From an uncultured Clostridia bacterium (GTDB lineage: Bacteria > Bacillota > Clostridia > RUG12999): a stretch of DNA of 64,000 nucleotides. A model generated the notes under the pieces. The model had not been told where the DNA came from and made no database searches. It saw nothing but the letters and a program-made list of their open reading frames with translations. This document shows positions 37,674 to 45,912 of this stretch, piece by piece (position 1 is the first letter of the stretch; every line of letters begins with the position of its first letter). The stretch is taken from positions 3,206 through 67,205 of the forward strand of contig CAKVOK010000008.1 in the NCBI GenBank assembly GCA_934792465.1. Direction: 5' to 3'. A program made the position numbers and the translations under genes.

Positions 37674-40600
37674 AATATTATCAATTTTGCTTGCGGCTGT
37701 GTTGATTTTCGGCGGCAACTGCATGGCACAGGATTTTGAATACAGCTGGAATTTCGACAGTGCGGATATTCCGGAATATTTTTCCGCAAATACATCAAGA
37801 AAGCTTGAAGTAATAAACGATGCTCCGGGAACGGGTGCGGAAAGCGGAAACCATGCCTTTGCATGGGTTCGTTCCGGAAATACGAAAGGCAACGGAGTAC
37901 TCGGAGCATCGACCGACGGATATAATATCGGAAAAGATGTTATGGGCTGTATAAACGATACAACGCTTGTATACAGCGTAAGCTTTAAATCCATGAACAA
38001 ATCTATGCATTCGTATATTGCCGCACCGAGATTCGGCGAAAATGCGGAATTTATATTGCCTGTTAAAATTGAGGACGGCAGCCTTTATTTCGGCGACACT
38101 CAAACAGGTGAAATAAAAACGGGCGAATGGACGACTGTCGGCGTGAAATATGAGCTTTCCTCAGAAAACGGCGTAACGGCTACGTTATATGCGGACGGAG
38201 AAGAAAAAGCTTCGCAGACGGACGATTCGGACAGTGCCAAAGCCGGTATCGTATATTTTTCTCTGCTTGGCGTAGGCAAAACAACTACGGAAGAATATCT
38301 TGCCGAGCAGACGGCAAAAGGACGAAATGAAATCGTATATTTTGATGATTTGTATATCGGAAACGATTTAAGCAAGCTTGCGGCAAACTTTTCGGTTGTG
38401 TCTGTAAAGCACACTATGAAAACGCCGGGCAATATTACGGTAAGCTTCAATAAGGAAATTGACGAATCCTCCTTTTCTTCTGATTTTATTACGGTTGAGG
38501 GGAGAGAGATAAGGTCGTATACATTCGGTGATGATAAAAAGACTGTTTTGCTTACGCTGAACAGCCCTCTTGAAATCGGCACGGAATACAGCATTACATT
38601 CAGCACGGATATAAAGGATATATCCGGCAATGCGCTGCCGAAAGAAACAACCGTAAGTATCACTGCGGTAATAGACCCCGGCGTAAACAGAAGCTGGAAT
38701 TTCGATAATTTAACCGATATGCCGGACGGCTTTAAATATAATAATAAATCAGTACCTCTCGTGCTTGCGGAAAGCGGCAGAAGCGGTGATGACAAATGCT
38801 TCGGCTGGCTTGCCGGAATAGGTAACGGTGCCGGCAGCGGCAATGTTGACAAATATTCAAACGGTGTAGTGATTTTGCGTGACGAATATGACGGCGGCAA
38901 GATAAACAACGTTACGATTGCCGTGGATTATGATTTTAAATTTAAAATAGATTATATGTGCGCATGGATGCTTCAGCCGATATTTGCCGGCGGCGAATTT
39001 ACACCGGTTTCTATGTCGGAAAACAATGTGTATTTCAACGGCGAGCTGTTGGGACATATTGAAAAAGATACATGGCACAACATAGGTGTGGTATACAATC
39101 TTTCGTCAACGGACGGACTCAAAATGGATATATACCTTGATTCGGTGAAAAAAGTATCGGATTATACGGTTTCAAATTCTGTTACAAGGTCGGGAATAAG
39201 CTGTTTCAGAATACTCCAACTTCCCAATACTCCGGCAGAGCTTGCGGCGCAATATCCGAGATTCGATACACGTAACGAGTATTATTTTATGGATAATCTC
39301 TATATCGGAGAGGATACGGGAAAAGCATATCCGAATCAGTCGGTTGCATCCGCTTCTCCGGAAAACGGCAGCAAAGACGTTGATATTTCAAGCAATATTA
39401 CATTGAAATTTGCGGCAGACCTTGACGAAAGCACAATATCGGATATAACACTCAGTGATGAAAACGGAAATTCCGTTCCGGCAGAAAAAACACTTGCCGA
39501 ATCCGATACGGTTGTTATTACGCCGAGCAGCAATCTTTTATACGGAACGAATTATAAATTAACTGTACCGAAAGAAGTGAAATCCACCGAGGGCAAAAGT
39601 ATGGCGGAAGATGCGAAGATAAGCTTCAAGACCGCTACAAATTACGATTTTGAAATAGACGCCGTATCGCAAGACGGCGGTATAACGGTTGACGTATCGA
39701 ATAAATCGTATCTCAAAAATAATGTATATGCGGCTGCGATAACGAAAAAAGACGGAAATATCACGGGAATGCAGATTAAGAATGCCGAAATTCAGACTAC
39801 GGGGAAAATCGAATTTGATGCTGCTGGCGAGGGCGAAACGCCGAGCATAATTCTGTTTGACAATGAATTTAATATTATGTCCGCGCCATGGTATGAAAAT
39901 GTTAAAACCTCGTGCATAGATTATTCAAAAACTTCACTGAATGCCGAAGCGGTAACGCAGGATAAGAAAATTACGATAAGCGGAACGGCAGAACCGAAAA
40001 ACGGATTTGTAATATGCAAGGTTACCAAAAGCGGCAAAAACGTATCTTCCGAAAATGCGGACGATTATATATTAATTGATGTATGCACGCCGGACGATAA
40101 CGGAAATTATTCGTTTACAGCACCGGTGACGGAGCTGAACGGCGAATATGAATATGCCGTATCCGCATACGGTACGGAAGCAATCAAAGGAAAAATCTCA
40201 TATGCGCTTGCGACGGATAATAAGATAGAAAGCTTCAGCCTGAACGGAACTGCGTGTTCGATAAGCGGAACTGCGGCAAGCGTTTCGATAAACGGTGATT
40301 TGTCGGGTCTTATTGCCGAATTTAAGCTTTCGGATAAAGCGTATATCATGCTGAACGGCGAAAGACTGGAAAGCGGAAAATCAAGAATAGATTGCAGAAA
40401 CAGCGTTGTGCTGACGGTATATTCCGAGGCCGGCGAAAGCAGAGAATACACTCTGCGGGTTTCCGGCGGCTCATCATCCGGTTCGGGCGGCTCCGGCAGT
40501 TCGTCAGGCGGCGGAAGTGTCAAGAAGCCGGTAACAGCTTCCGTAGATACCGGTATAATTAAAAAGCCGGAAATCGCAGACCCGATTGATTACGGCACAT

Positions 40601-41127
40601 TTACAGATGTTAAAAAGAGTCACTGGGCATATGAAGCAATCGAAAGTCTTGCGGAAAAGAAAATCGCAAGCGGCGACGGCGCAGGAAATTTCAATCCCGA
40701 TGCAAACGTTAAACGTGAGGAATTTGCAAAGCTGATAGCGGCGGCTTTCGGATTTGAAAAGGCTTCGGAAAAAGTGAGCTTTGCAGATGCGCCGGAGGGA
40801 GCATGGTATAAGGAATATGTGGAAAATCTCGCTTCCAACGGTGTTATAAAAGGAATTGACGAAAACAATTTCGGTGCCGGAATCAACATAACAAGGCAGG
40901 ATATGTCGGTTATAATACTGCGTGCGGCACAGGCAAAAGGAATTGATTTGACGCCTGTACGAGAATATGCCGGCTTTGACGATGAAGCGGATATTGCGGA
41001 CTACGCAAAAGAAGCGGTAAAAACGCTTTATGAAGCAGGAATCATAAACGGCAGAGGAAATAGCTTTGAACCGAACGAAAATGCTTCGAGAGCGGAAAGT
41101 GTCTATATAATATTTAAATCAATATGA
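37663..41127 (+). CDS. Large cell-surface protein: (LamG-like module + Big_5 Ig) x2, beta-sandwich region, Gly/Ser linker, three C-terminal SLH domains
   Basis: AGGAGG sits 9 nt before the ATG at 37663, which overlaps the upstream gene by 11 nt. Signatures: WTTVGVKYELSS...LYADGEEK...VYFDDLYIG and WHNIGVVYNLSS...IYLDSVKK...YYFMDNLYIG. Ig motifs: EIGTEYSITFSTDIKDISGNAL and YGTNYKLTVPKEVKSTEG. Linker GGSSSGSGGSGSSSGGGS. SLH: FTDVKKSHWAYEAIESLAEKKIASG... x3. Confidence 0.7.
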   Translation: MRTKILSILLAAVLIFGGNCMAQDFEYSWNFDSADIPEYFSANTSRKLEVINDAPGTGAESGNHAFAWVRSGNTKGNGVLGASTDGYNIGKDVMGCINDTTLVYSVSFKSMNKSMHSYIAAPRFGENAEFILPVKIEDGSLYFGDTQTGEIKTGEWTTVGVKYELSSENGVTATLYADGEEKASQTDDSDSAKAGIVYFSLLGVGKTTTEEYLAEQTAKGRNEIVYFDDLYIGNDLSKLAANFSVVSVKHTMKTPGNITVSFNKEIDESSFSSDFITVEGREIRSYTFGDDKKTVLLTLNSPLEIGTEYSITFSTDIKDISGNALPKETTVSITAVIDPGVNRSWNFDNLTDMPDGFKYNNKSVPLVLAESGRSGDDKCFGWLAGIGNGAGSGNVDKYSNGVVILRDEYDGGKINNVTIAVDYDFKFKIDYMCAWMLQPIFAGGEFTPVSMSENNVYFNGELLGHIEKDTWHNIGVVYNLSSTDGLKMDIYLDSVKKVSDYTVSNSVTRSGISCFRILQLPNTPAELAAQYPRFDTRNEYYFMDNLYIGEDTGKAYPNQSVASASPENGSKDVDISSNITLKFAADLDESTISDITLSDENGNSVPAEKTLAESDTVVITPSSNLLYGTNYKLTVPKEVKSTEGKSMAEDAKISFKTATNYDFEIDAVSQDGGITVDVSNKSYLKNNVYAAAITKKDGNITGMQIKNAEIQTTGKIEFDAAGEGETPSIILFDNEFNIMSAPWYENVKTSCIDYSKTSLNAEAVTQDKKITISGTAEPKNGFVICKVTKSGKNVSSENADDYILIDVCTPDDNGNYSFTAPVTELNGEYEYAVSAYGTEAIKGKISYALATDNKIESFSLNGTACSISGTAASVSINGDLSGLIAEFKLSDKAYIMLNGERLESGKSRIDCRNSVVLTVYSEAGESREYTLRVSGGSSSGSGGSGSSSGGGSVKKPVTASVDTGIIKKPEIADPIDYGTFTDVKKSHWAYEAIESLAEKKIASGDGAGNFNPDANVKREEFAKLIAAAFGFEKASEKVSFADAPEGAWYKEYVENLASNGVIKGIDENNFGAGINITRQDMSVIILRAAQAKGIDLTPVREYAGFDDEADIADYAKEAVKTLYEAGIINGRGNSFEPNENASRAESVYIIFKSI

Positions 41128-41129
41128 CT

Positions 41130-41168
41130 AACAAACGGTCGGTGCATTCAAAGCGTTGACCGTTTGTT
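41130..41168 (+). other. Perfect 11-bp stem-loop after the large SLH protein gene (possible terminator without a U-run)
   Basis: AACAAACGGTC (41130-41140) pairs with GACCGTTTGTT (41158-41168), with a 17-nt loop. Confidence 0.35.
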
Positions 41169-41260
41169 AAATTTATGTAACATCTTGACTTTTATATTGA
41201 TTTTTAATGTAAAGTGTGATACAATATGAATATAAATTTTAATTTTGGAGGGAAAATATC

Positions 41261-41677
41261 ATGAAAAAAATAATTGCATTTGTATTAACGGTATTTATGT
41301 TTATGGGAATGACGTGCTTTGCACAGGATATAAACGTTACAATATCGGGTAAAAAGCTTGATTTTGACGTTCAGCCCGTAATGGAAAGCGACCGTGTGCT
41401 TGTGCCTATGAGAGCAATATTTGAAAATCTCGGTGCAACCGTAAGCTGGGACAATGACACGTCAACGGCAATAGCGGTTAAAGGGGATAAGGTTATAATA
41501 ATACAGATTGATAATTCGAAAGCATTTATCAATACGGAAGTAAAAGAACTTGATGTTCCGGCAAGGCTTATTTCGGACAGAACACTTGTTCCGGTAAGAT
41601 TTGTAAGCGAAGCACTCAATTGCAAAGTGGATTGGAATCAAGATGAACAGACAGTTGTAATAACTCCCGGACAGTAA
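41261..41677 (+). CDS. Small secreted copper-amine-oxidase-N-terminal-like (stalk) domain protein
   Basis: Signal peptide, then VLVPMRAIFENLGATVSWDNDTSTAIA...DRTLVPVRFVSEALNCKVDWNQDEQTVVI, which is the classic Cu_amine_oxidN1 repeat. Confidence 0.75.
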   Translation: MKKIIAFVLTVFMFMGMTCFAQDINVTISGKKLDFDVQPVMESDRVLVPMRAIFENLGATVSWDNDTSTAIAVKGDKVIIIQIDNSKAFINTEVKELDVPARLISDRTLVPVRFVSEALNCKVDWNQDEQTVVITPGQ

Positions 41678-41689
41678 GGAGGAAAATCA

Positions 41690-43279
41690 ATGAAAAAGTT
41701 TGCAGCACATATTATTACATTTACACTCATCATACAAACCGCATTTGCGGCAATGCAGACAACTCCGACGGATATTCGCGTGTTTATCGACGGAAAGGAA
41801 ATGCCTGCCGTATGTCTGTACAATACAATGTATATTGCTGCGGACGATTTGATTTATTTCGGATATAATCTCAAATATGACGAAAATATCCGCACACTGT
41901 TTTTGAATAAAACAGGCTTGCCCTCAGATACGGAAGTTCCGAAAAATGCTGTCGCAAGCCTTGAGAAAACGGATATAAACCTTGTTATAAACGGACGTGC
42001 CGTAAAAACCCTTTTGTGCGCGGCAAACGGCAAACTGTATGTGAGTGCCGCATATCTTTCTTATGAACGTGACGGATACGATACCGCACAGCCTGAAAAA
42101 GGAAATTATTTCGGAATGGAAAGTTATTGGAACGGCGATACAAGAACACTGGATATAAAATCAATTAGCCTGCCGACGAAAGAAGAACAGATTAAAGAGT
42201 TTTCGACACAGGACGAATCAACGAGCTTTCTTTCGTGGACGGAAACGGCACATTGGCAGGGTTCGTTTTTCGATGTGGTTCGGTTCGCACAGAGCGGAAC
42301 TTCGCACGGCACATATTTTTATACGAAATATATTGCGGATAACGGCGTGAGTGCCTATTTGGAAAATATATTTAAATTGTACGATTTTTACGATTCTTGG
42401 GGACATACGACAACGTATAATGAAGAATTCAGGGACGATAAGCTTTATTTTGAGGGAACGAAAACAGACGGCAGAACGGGTAAATATTATCTCGATTTTA
42501 ATACACTGGCGATTATAACCCTTGAAGAAACAGAACCCGACGACTCAAAGAGAACAATACCGAAATATGAATCGCCGATAGGGAAAATACCGCAAAAAGC
42601 AAGCTTTAAAACGACTATGGACGGCACGGAAATTCCTGCATGGGTAATTTTGAACGGCACGTACATAGACGCTGATTTGCTGCTTAATTTCGGATATGAA
42701 AAAACATATCTGAACGACAGGGCTCTTTTGTATATCAAGACAGGAAAAGTTACACAGTATACAGCACCGAACGTTACAGAGCCGACAGGCTCAAGCGGTG
42801 CGCCGACTGTATACGTAGACGGCAGAAGTATGCCGACTTTTAACACGGGTAATATTAATCTGATTTCGACAGAGGTTTGGACGGTGCTTTTTAATAAATC
42901 CACCGTTTCGGCAAAGTGGGACGCAGAGAAAAACACGCTTGAAATCAATACAAATAACAAGATGTTCGAAACCTTTGAAGATGCGGAAGCATATGCAAAG
43001 AATTATTATAACGGCGATGACGGAAACGAGAAAATCATGTATAGCGGTGCGGACTTTTCGATAATGATATGTCCGAGCGAATACGGTACGGAGGTTTTCA
43101 AGATAAGCTCGGATTTTAATGTATCTTGCATAAGTGAGATTGTCATGAATGTGTATTCGCTGTCGTTTGAATCCGCAGACAGTATAAAGGTTTCCGAGGA
43201 CGGCAGAAAGCTTGAATTTACAAGCAGCGGAGCGTCATACGGATTGGATTTATATAATTATACTTTAATTAATGACTGA
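41690..43279 (+). CDS. Secreted hypothetical protein with internal stalk-like repeats
   Basis: Signal peptide. A module recurs (IRVFIDGKEMPAVCLYNTMYIAADDLIYFGYNLKYDENIRTLFLNKTG / TTMDGTEIPAWVILNGTYIDADLLLNFGYEKTYLNDRALLYIKTG). I recognise no catalytic motif. Confidence 0.5.
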   Translation: MKKFAAHIITFTLIIQTAFAAMQTTPTDIRVFIDGKEMPAVCLYNTMYIAADDLIYFGYNLKYDENIRTLFLNKTGLPSDTEVPKNAVASLEKTDINLVINGRAVKTLLCAANGKLYVSAAYLSYERDGYDTAQPEKGNYFGMESYWNGDTRTLDIKSISLPTKEEQIKEFSTQDESTSFLSWTETAHWQGSFFDVVRFAQSGTSHGTYFYTKYIADNGVSAYLENIFKLYDFYDSWGHTTTYNEEFRDDKLYFEGTKTDGRTGKYYLDFNTLAIITLEETEPDDSKRTIPKYESPIGKIPQKASFKTTMDGTEIPAWVILNGTYIDADLLLNFGYEKTYLNDRALLYIKTGKVTQYTAPNVTEPTGSSGAPTVYVDGRSMPTFNTGNINLISTEVWTVLFNKSTVSAKWDAEKNTLEINTNNKMFETFEDAEAYAKNYYNGDDGNEKIMYSGADFSIMICPSEYGTEVFKISSDFNVSCISEIVMNVYSLSFESADSIKVSEDGRKLEFTSSGASYGLDLYNYTLIND

Positions 43280-43445
43280 AAAGTCATATGCGCAATACGT
43301 GTCGGAGCATATATAAATGACAGATTTGAACACAGGTTGGCTGAACATTTTAAATATTGATATGTACATAGTGCTTTTTGCGTTAAAAAAAGCTTATAAC
43401 AAAGCAGCTGCGAAAATTATTTTTTACAGCTGCTGTTTTGTTGCG

Positions 43446-44132
43446 TTATTCAAGGATTTCGTGCCGAAGCTTTTCTATTGCACGTTTTTCTATACGTGAC
43501 ACATACGAACGGGAAATACCCATATTTTCGGCTATTACGCTTTGGGTTTGAACAGGTGTATTGTCAAGACCGTAGCGTTTGGTCAGAATCTCTATTTCGT
43601 CGGGCTTCAATACAACATTCATTTTTTTTCGCAATGCCGAGGACATCAGCTTAATATTAACTTCATCGTCAACATGGCGACCGTTGTCCTCTAAAATATC
43701 CATAAGCGTTATTTCGTTTCCGTCTTTGTCCGAACCTATTGTGTCGTCTATGGAAACCTCGTTTTGAAGCTTTTTGCTGCTTCTTATATACATTAAAATT
43801 TCGTTGTCTATGCAGCGTGCCGCATATGTTGCAAGCCTTGTGCCTTTTTCGCCCTTGAAGCTGGTTATTCCTTTAATAAGTCCTATTGTTCCTATGGAAA
43901 TCAAATCTTCGTTGTCGCAGCCTTTCGGCGAATATTTTTTTGCAATGTGCGCTACAAGCCGAAGGTTATGTTCTATTAAAATATTTTTTGCATTTTTGTC
44001 GCCGCTTTTCATAAGTGCGATATAGTTTTCTTCCTCTGTAGGTGTAAGCGGCTTGGGGAAACCGCCGTTTTTGCCCATAAATCCTGCCAAAAACCATACA
44101 TTGTACAGTATCGACAGCAAAAAAGAAAACAT
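43446..44132 (-). CDS. sigK: Sporulation sigma factor pro-sigma-K (uninterrupted)
   Basis: Hydrophobic pro-sequence followed by ...KNGGFPKPLTPTEEENYI..., NILIEHNLRLVAHIAKKY, DLISIGTIGLIKGI, LATYAARCIDNEILMY and GISRSYVSRIEKRAI. This is closest to the B. subtilis SigK pattern (YVKNNAFPQPL), not SigE. The ATG at 44132 is preferred over the TTG at 44153. Confidence 0.8.
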   Translation of the reverse strand: MFSFLLSILYNVWFLAGFMGKNGGFPKPLTPTEEENYIALMKSGDKNAKNILIEHNLRLVAHIAKKYSPKGCDNEDLISIGTIGLIKGITSFKGEKGTRLATYAARCIDNEILMYIRSSKKLQNEVSIDDTIGSDKDGNEITLMDILEDNGRHVDDEVNIKLMSSALRKKMNVVLKPDEIEILTKRYGLDNTPVQTQSVIAENMGISRSYVSRIEKRAIEKLRHEILE

Positions 44133-44272
44133 AAAAAAATCAACCCCTTGCAAATATTTATGTTAAATTATATGTTCCGGGACGAACCGTTTAGACGTTA
44201 AGATTTCGGATAATGTATTGGAAATTCCGAACTAATTAGAAAAAGTGATACAATGTTTGTGCAATAAAGCTA

Positions 44273-44301
44273 TTTACAAGCCGGCTAAAATATGATACAA
44301 T
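44273..44301 (+). promoter_or_regulatory. Sigma-A promoter upstream of trmD
   Basis: TTTACA (44273-44278), 17 bp, TACAAT (44296-44301), with TG at 44293-44294. Confidence 0.5.
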
Positions 44302-44320
44302 ATGTTGGGGGAAGATTTTA

Positions 44321-45082
44321 ATGCATTTTGATATATTAACTTTATTTCCGGATATGTTTCGGGGAGTTTTCGGTGACAGCATTATAAAACGTGCCGCCGA
44401 TAACGGGATTTTATCTTTTAATTACGTAGATATCAGGGATTTTACGGAAAATAAACACAGAAAAGTTGATGATTACGCTTTCGGCGGAGGAACGGGACTT
44501 GTCATGTCCGTACAGCCCATAGTGGACGCATACAAAAGCGTTACGAACGGCGAAAAAGTGTTTACCGTGTATATGTCGCCGCAGGGCAAGGTTTTTAACC
44601 AGAGCATGGCACGTGAATTTGCGAAAAAGAAGCGTATGGTGATTCTGTGCGGTCATTACGAGGGCATAGACGAGCGTGCGATAGAAGAAATTGTCGATAT
44701 GGAGGTTTCCATAGGAGATTTTGTTCTTACGGGAGGAGAAATACCGGCAATGGCACTTGTGGACAGCGTTGCGAGAATGATAGACGGGGTATTGCCGAAT
44801 GAGGAAGCATATTCCATGGAATCGCATTACGGAGGTTTGCTGGAATATCCGAATTATACACGTCCGTATGAGATACACGGCAAAAAGGTTCCGGATATTC
44901 TGCTTTCGGGGCACCACAAGAATATTGAAATATGGAAGCATAAACAGGCGCTGTATCGTACATGGCTGAAGCGTCCGGATATGATAAGAAAATATAAGCT
45001 TACCGAGGATGACAAAAAGTTTCTCGCAAAGTTCAAAGGAAAGCGGAGAAAAAATCTGCCTGCGGTATATGATGGGGAGTGA
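44321..45082 (+). CDS. trmD: tRNA (guanine37-N1)-methyltransferase
   Basis: MHFDILTLFPDMF, YVDIRDFT..KHRKVDDYAFGGGTGLVM, ILCGHYEGIDERA, SIGDFVLTGGEIPAM and LLEYPNYTRP. Confidence 0.95.
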   Translation: MHFDILTLFPDMFRGVFGDSIIKRAADNGILSFNYVDIRDFTENKHRKVDDYAFGGGTGLVMSVQPIVDAYKSVTNGEKVFTVYMSPQGKVFNQSMAREFAKKKRMVILCGHYEGIDERAIEEIVDMEVSIGDFVLTGGEIPAMALVDSVARMIDGVLPNEEAYSMESHYGGLLEYPNYTRPYEIHGKKVPDILLSGHHKNIEIWKHKQALYRTWLKRPDMIRKYKLTEDDKKFLAKFKGKRRKNLPAVYDGE

Positions 45083-45698
45083 TTTGTTGCGCCTTTTTGA
45101 AACGATTTTGTTTAAGGATATAAAGGACACTGACGAATACGGCATACATATTAAAAAATATGAGAGGGGAGAGCTTATATCTCCCGACGAGATAACCGAT
45201 GTGGGAATTGTTTTAAACGGCAATATAAAAATCTATAAAAACGATTTGAGCGGAGGTATCAGCATAATAGAACATATCGACCCCGGCGAGCTTATCGGAG
45301 AAACGAGCGTAATGCTTTCGGATACTTCCGAAAACATTACGTACATATGCAGCAAAAAAACAGATGTTGCATATTTTGATTGGAAAAGCGTGTTTAAAAA
45401 TCCGCAGCTTGCGGAGCGTTTCGCCGTAATGCTGGCGGAAAACCGAAAAAAACTGCGTGAGAGAGCTATGGTTCTTTCCGGCAGAAGTATTCGGGATAAG
45501 CTGAAATGTTATTTTGAGATTATAATGGCAAAAAAAGGCAAAAAGAGCTTCACACTTCCGGGAACAATGGGTTCGATTGCAAATTTTCTTTCTGTGGACA
45601 GAAGCGCAATGTCGAGAGAAATAAAAAAAATGAAAGAAGAAGAGCTTATTAGAATAGAAAAACACACGGTAACGATATTGTGGGAAATTGACAGTTAA
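45069..45698 (+). CDS. Crp/Fnr-family transcriptional regulator
   Basis: cNMP-binding-like beta-barrel (GELIGETSVM) and a C-terminal HTH (GSIANFLSVDRSAMSREIKKMKEEELI). The start at 45069/45072 overlaps the trmD stop. Confidence 0.75.
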   Translation: MMGSDLLRLFETILFKDIKDTDEYGIHIKKYERGELISPDEITDVGIVLNGNIKIYKNDLSGGISIIEHIDPGELIGETSVMLSDTSENITYICSKKTDVAYFDWKSVFKNPQLAERFAVMLAENRKKLRERAMVLSGRSIRDKLKCYFEIIMAKKGKKSFTLPGTMGSIANFLSVDRSAMSREIKKMKEEELIRIEKHTVTILWEIDS

Positions 45699-45708
45699 CG
45701 GAGCTTTT

Positions 45709-45724
45709 ACACAATATATAGGTT
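45709..45724. promoter_or_regulatory. NrdR box 1
   Basis: ACACAATATATAGGTT compared with the NrdR-box consensus acaCwAtATaTwGtgt. Confidence 0.65.
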
Positions 45725-45739
45725 TACATATTTATAAAA

Positions 45740-45755
45740 ACACAATATATTGTAA
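45740..45755. promoter_or_regulatory. NrdR box 2
   Basis: ACACAATATATTGTAA lies 31 bp (three helical turns) from box 1. It overlaps a candidate -10 (TATATT, 45746-45751) paired with TTTACA (45723-45728). Confidence 0.65.
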
Positions 45756-45912
45756 AAAATATTTACAAATGTGACTTTTGCAACAACATTGGATTAGCAT
45801 ATATGGTATAATTATATACGTTAGTATACAAGATATAGTATATATGCTGATTTTTTATGATCTAATTCCATTTACAGATAAAACAGAAGATAAACAGAAA
45901 GGAGCAAAGGTT

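Noticed and set aside
40459-40515. Repetitive GGC/TCN-rich DNA tract.
   Set aside because: It encodes the Gly/Ser linker (GGSSSGSGGSGSSSGGGS) between the body and the SLH domains of the large surface protein. It is not a tandem DNA repeat or a CRISPR-like array.
43446-44153. Assignment of the sigma factor as SigE rather than SigK.
   Set aside because: The junction after the pro-sequence reads ...KNGGFPKPLT, like B. subtilis SigK (NNAFPQPLS), rather than the SigE ...GGSEALPPPLS pattern. SigE cannot be fully excluded without a search.
45778-45912. Upstream extension of nrdD (tabulated ORF starts at 45778 with TTG).
   Set aside because: The extension is Ile/Tyr-rich translation of AT-rich leader DNA. 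AAAGGAG precedes the ATG at 45913, which begins the conserved ATP-cone (MQVVKRDGR...).
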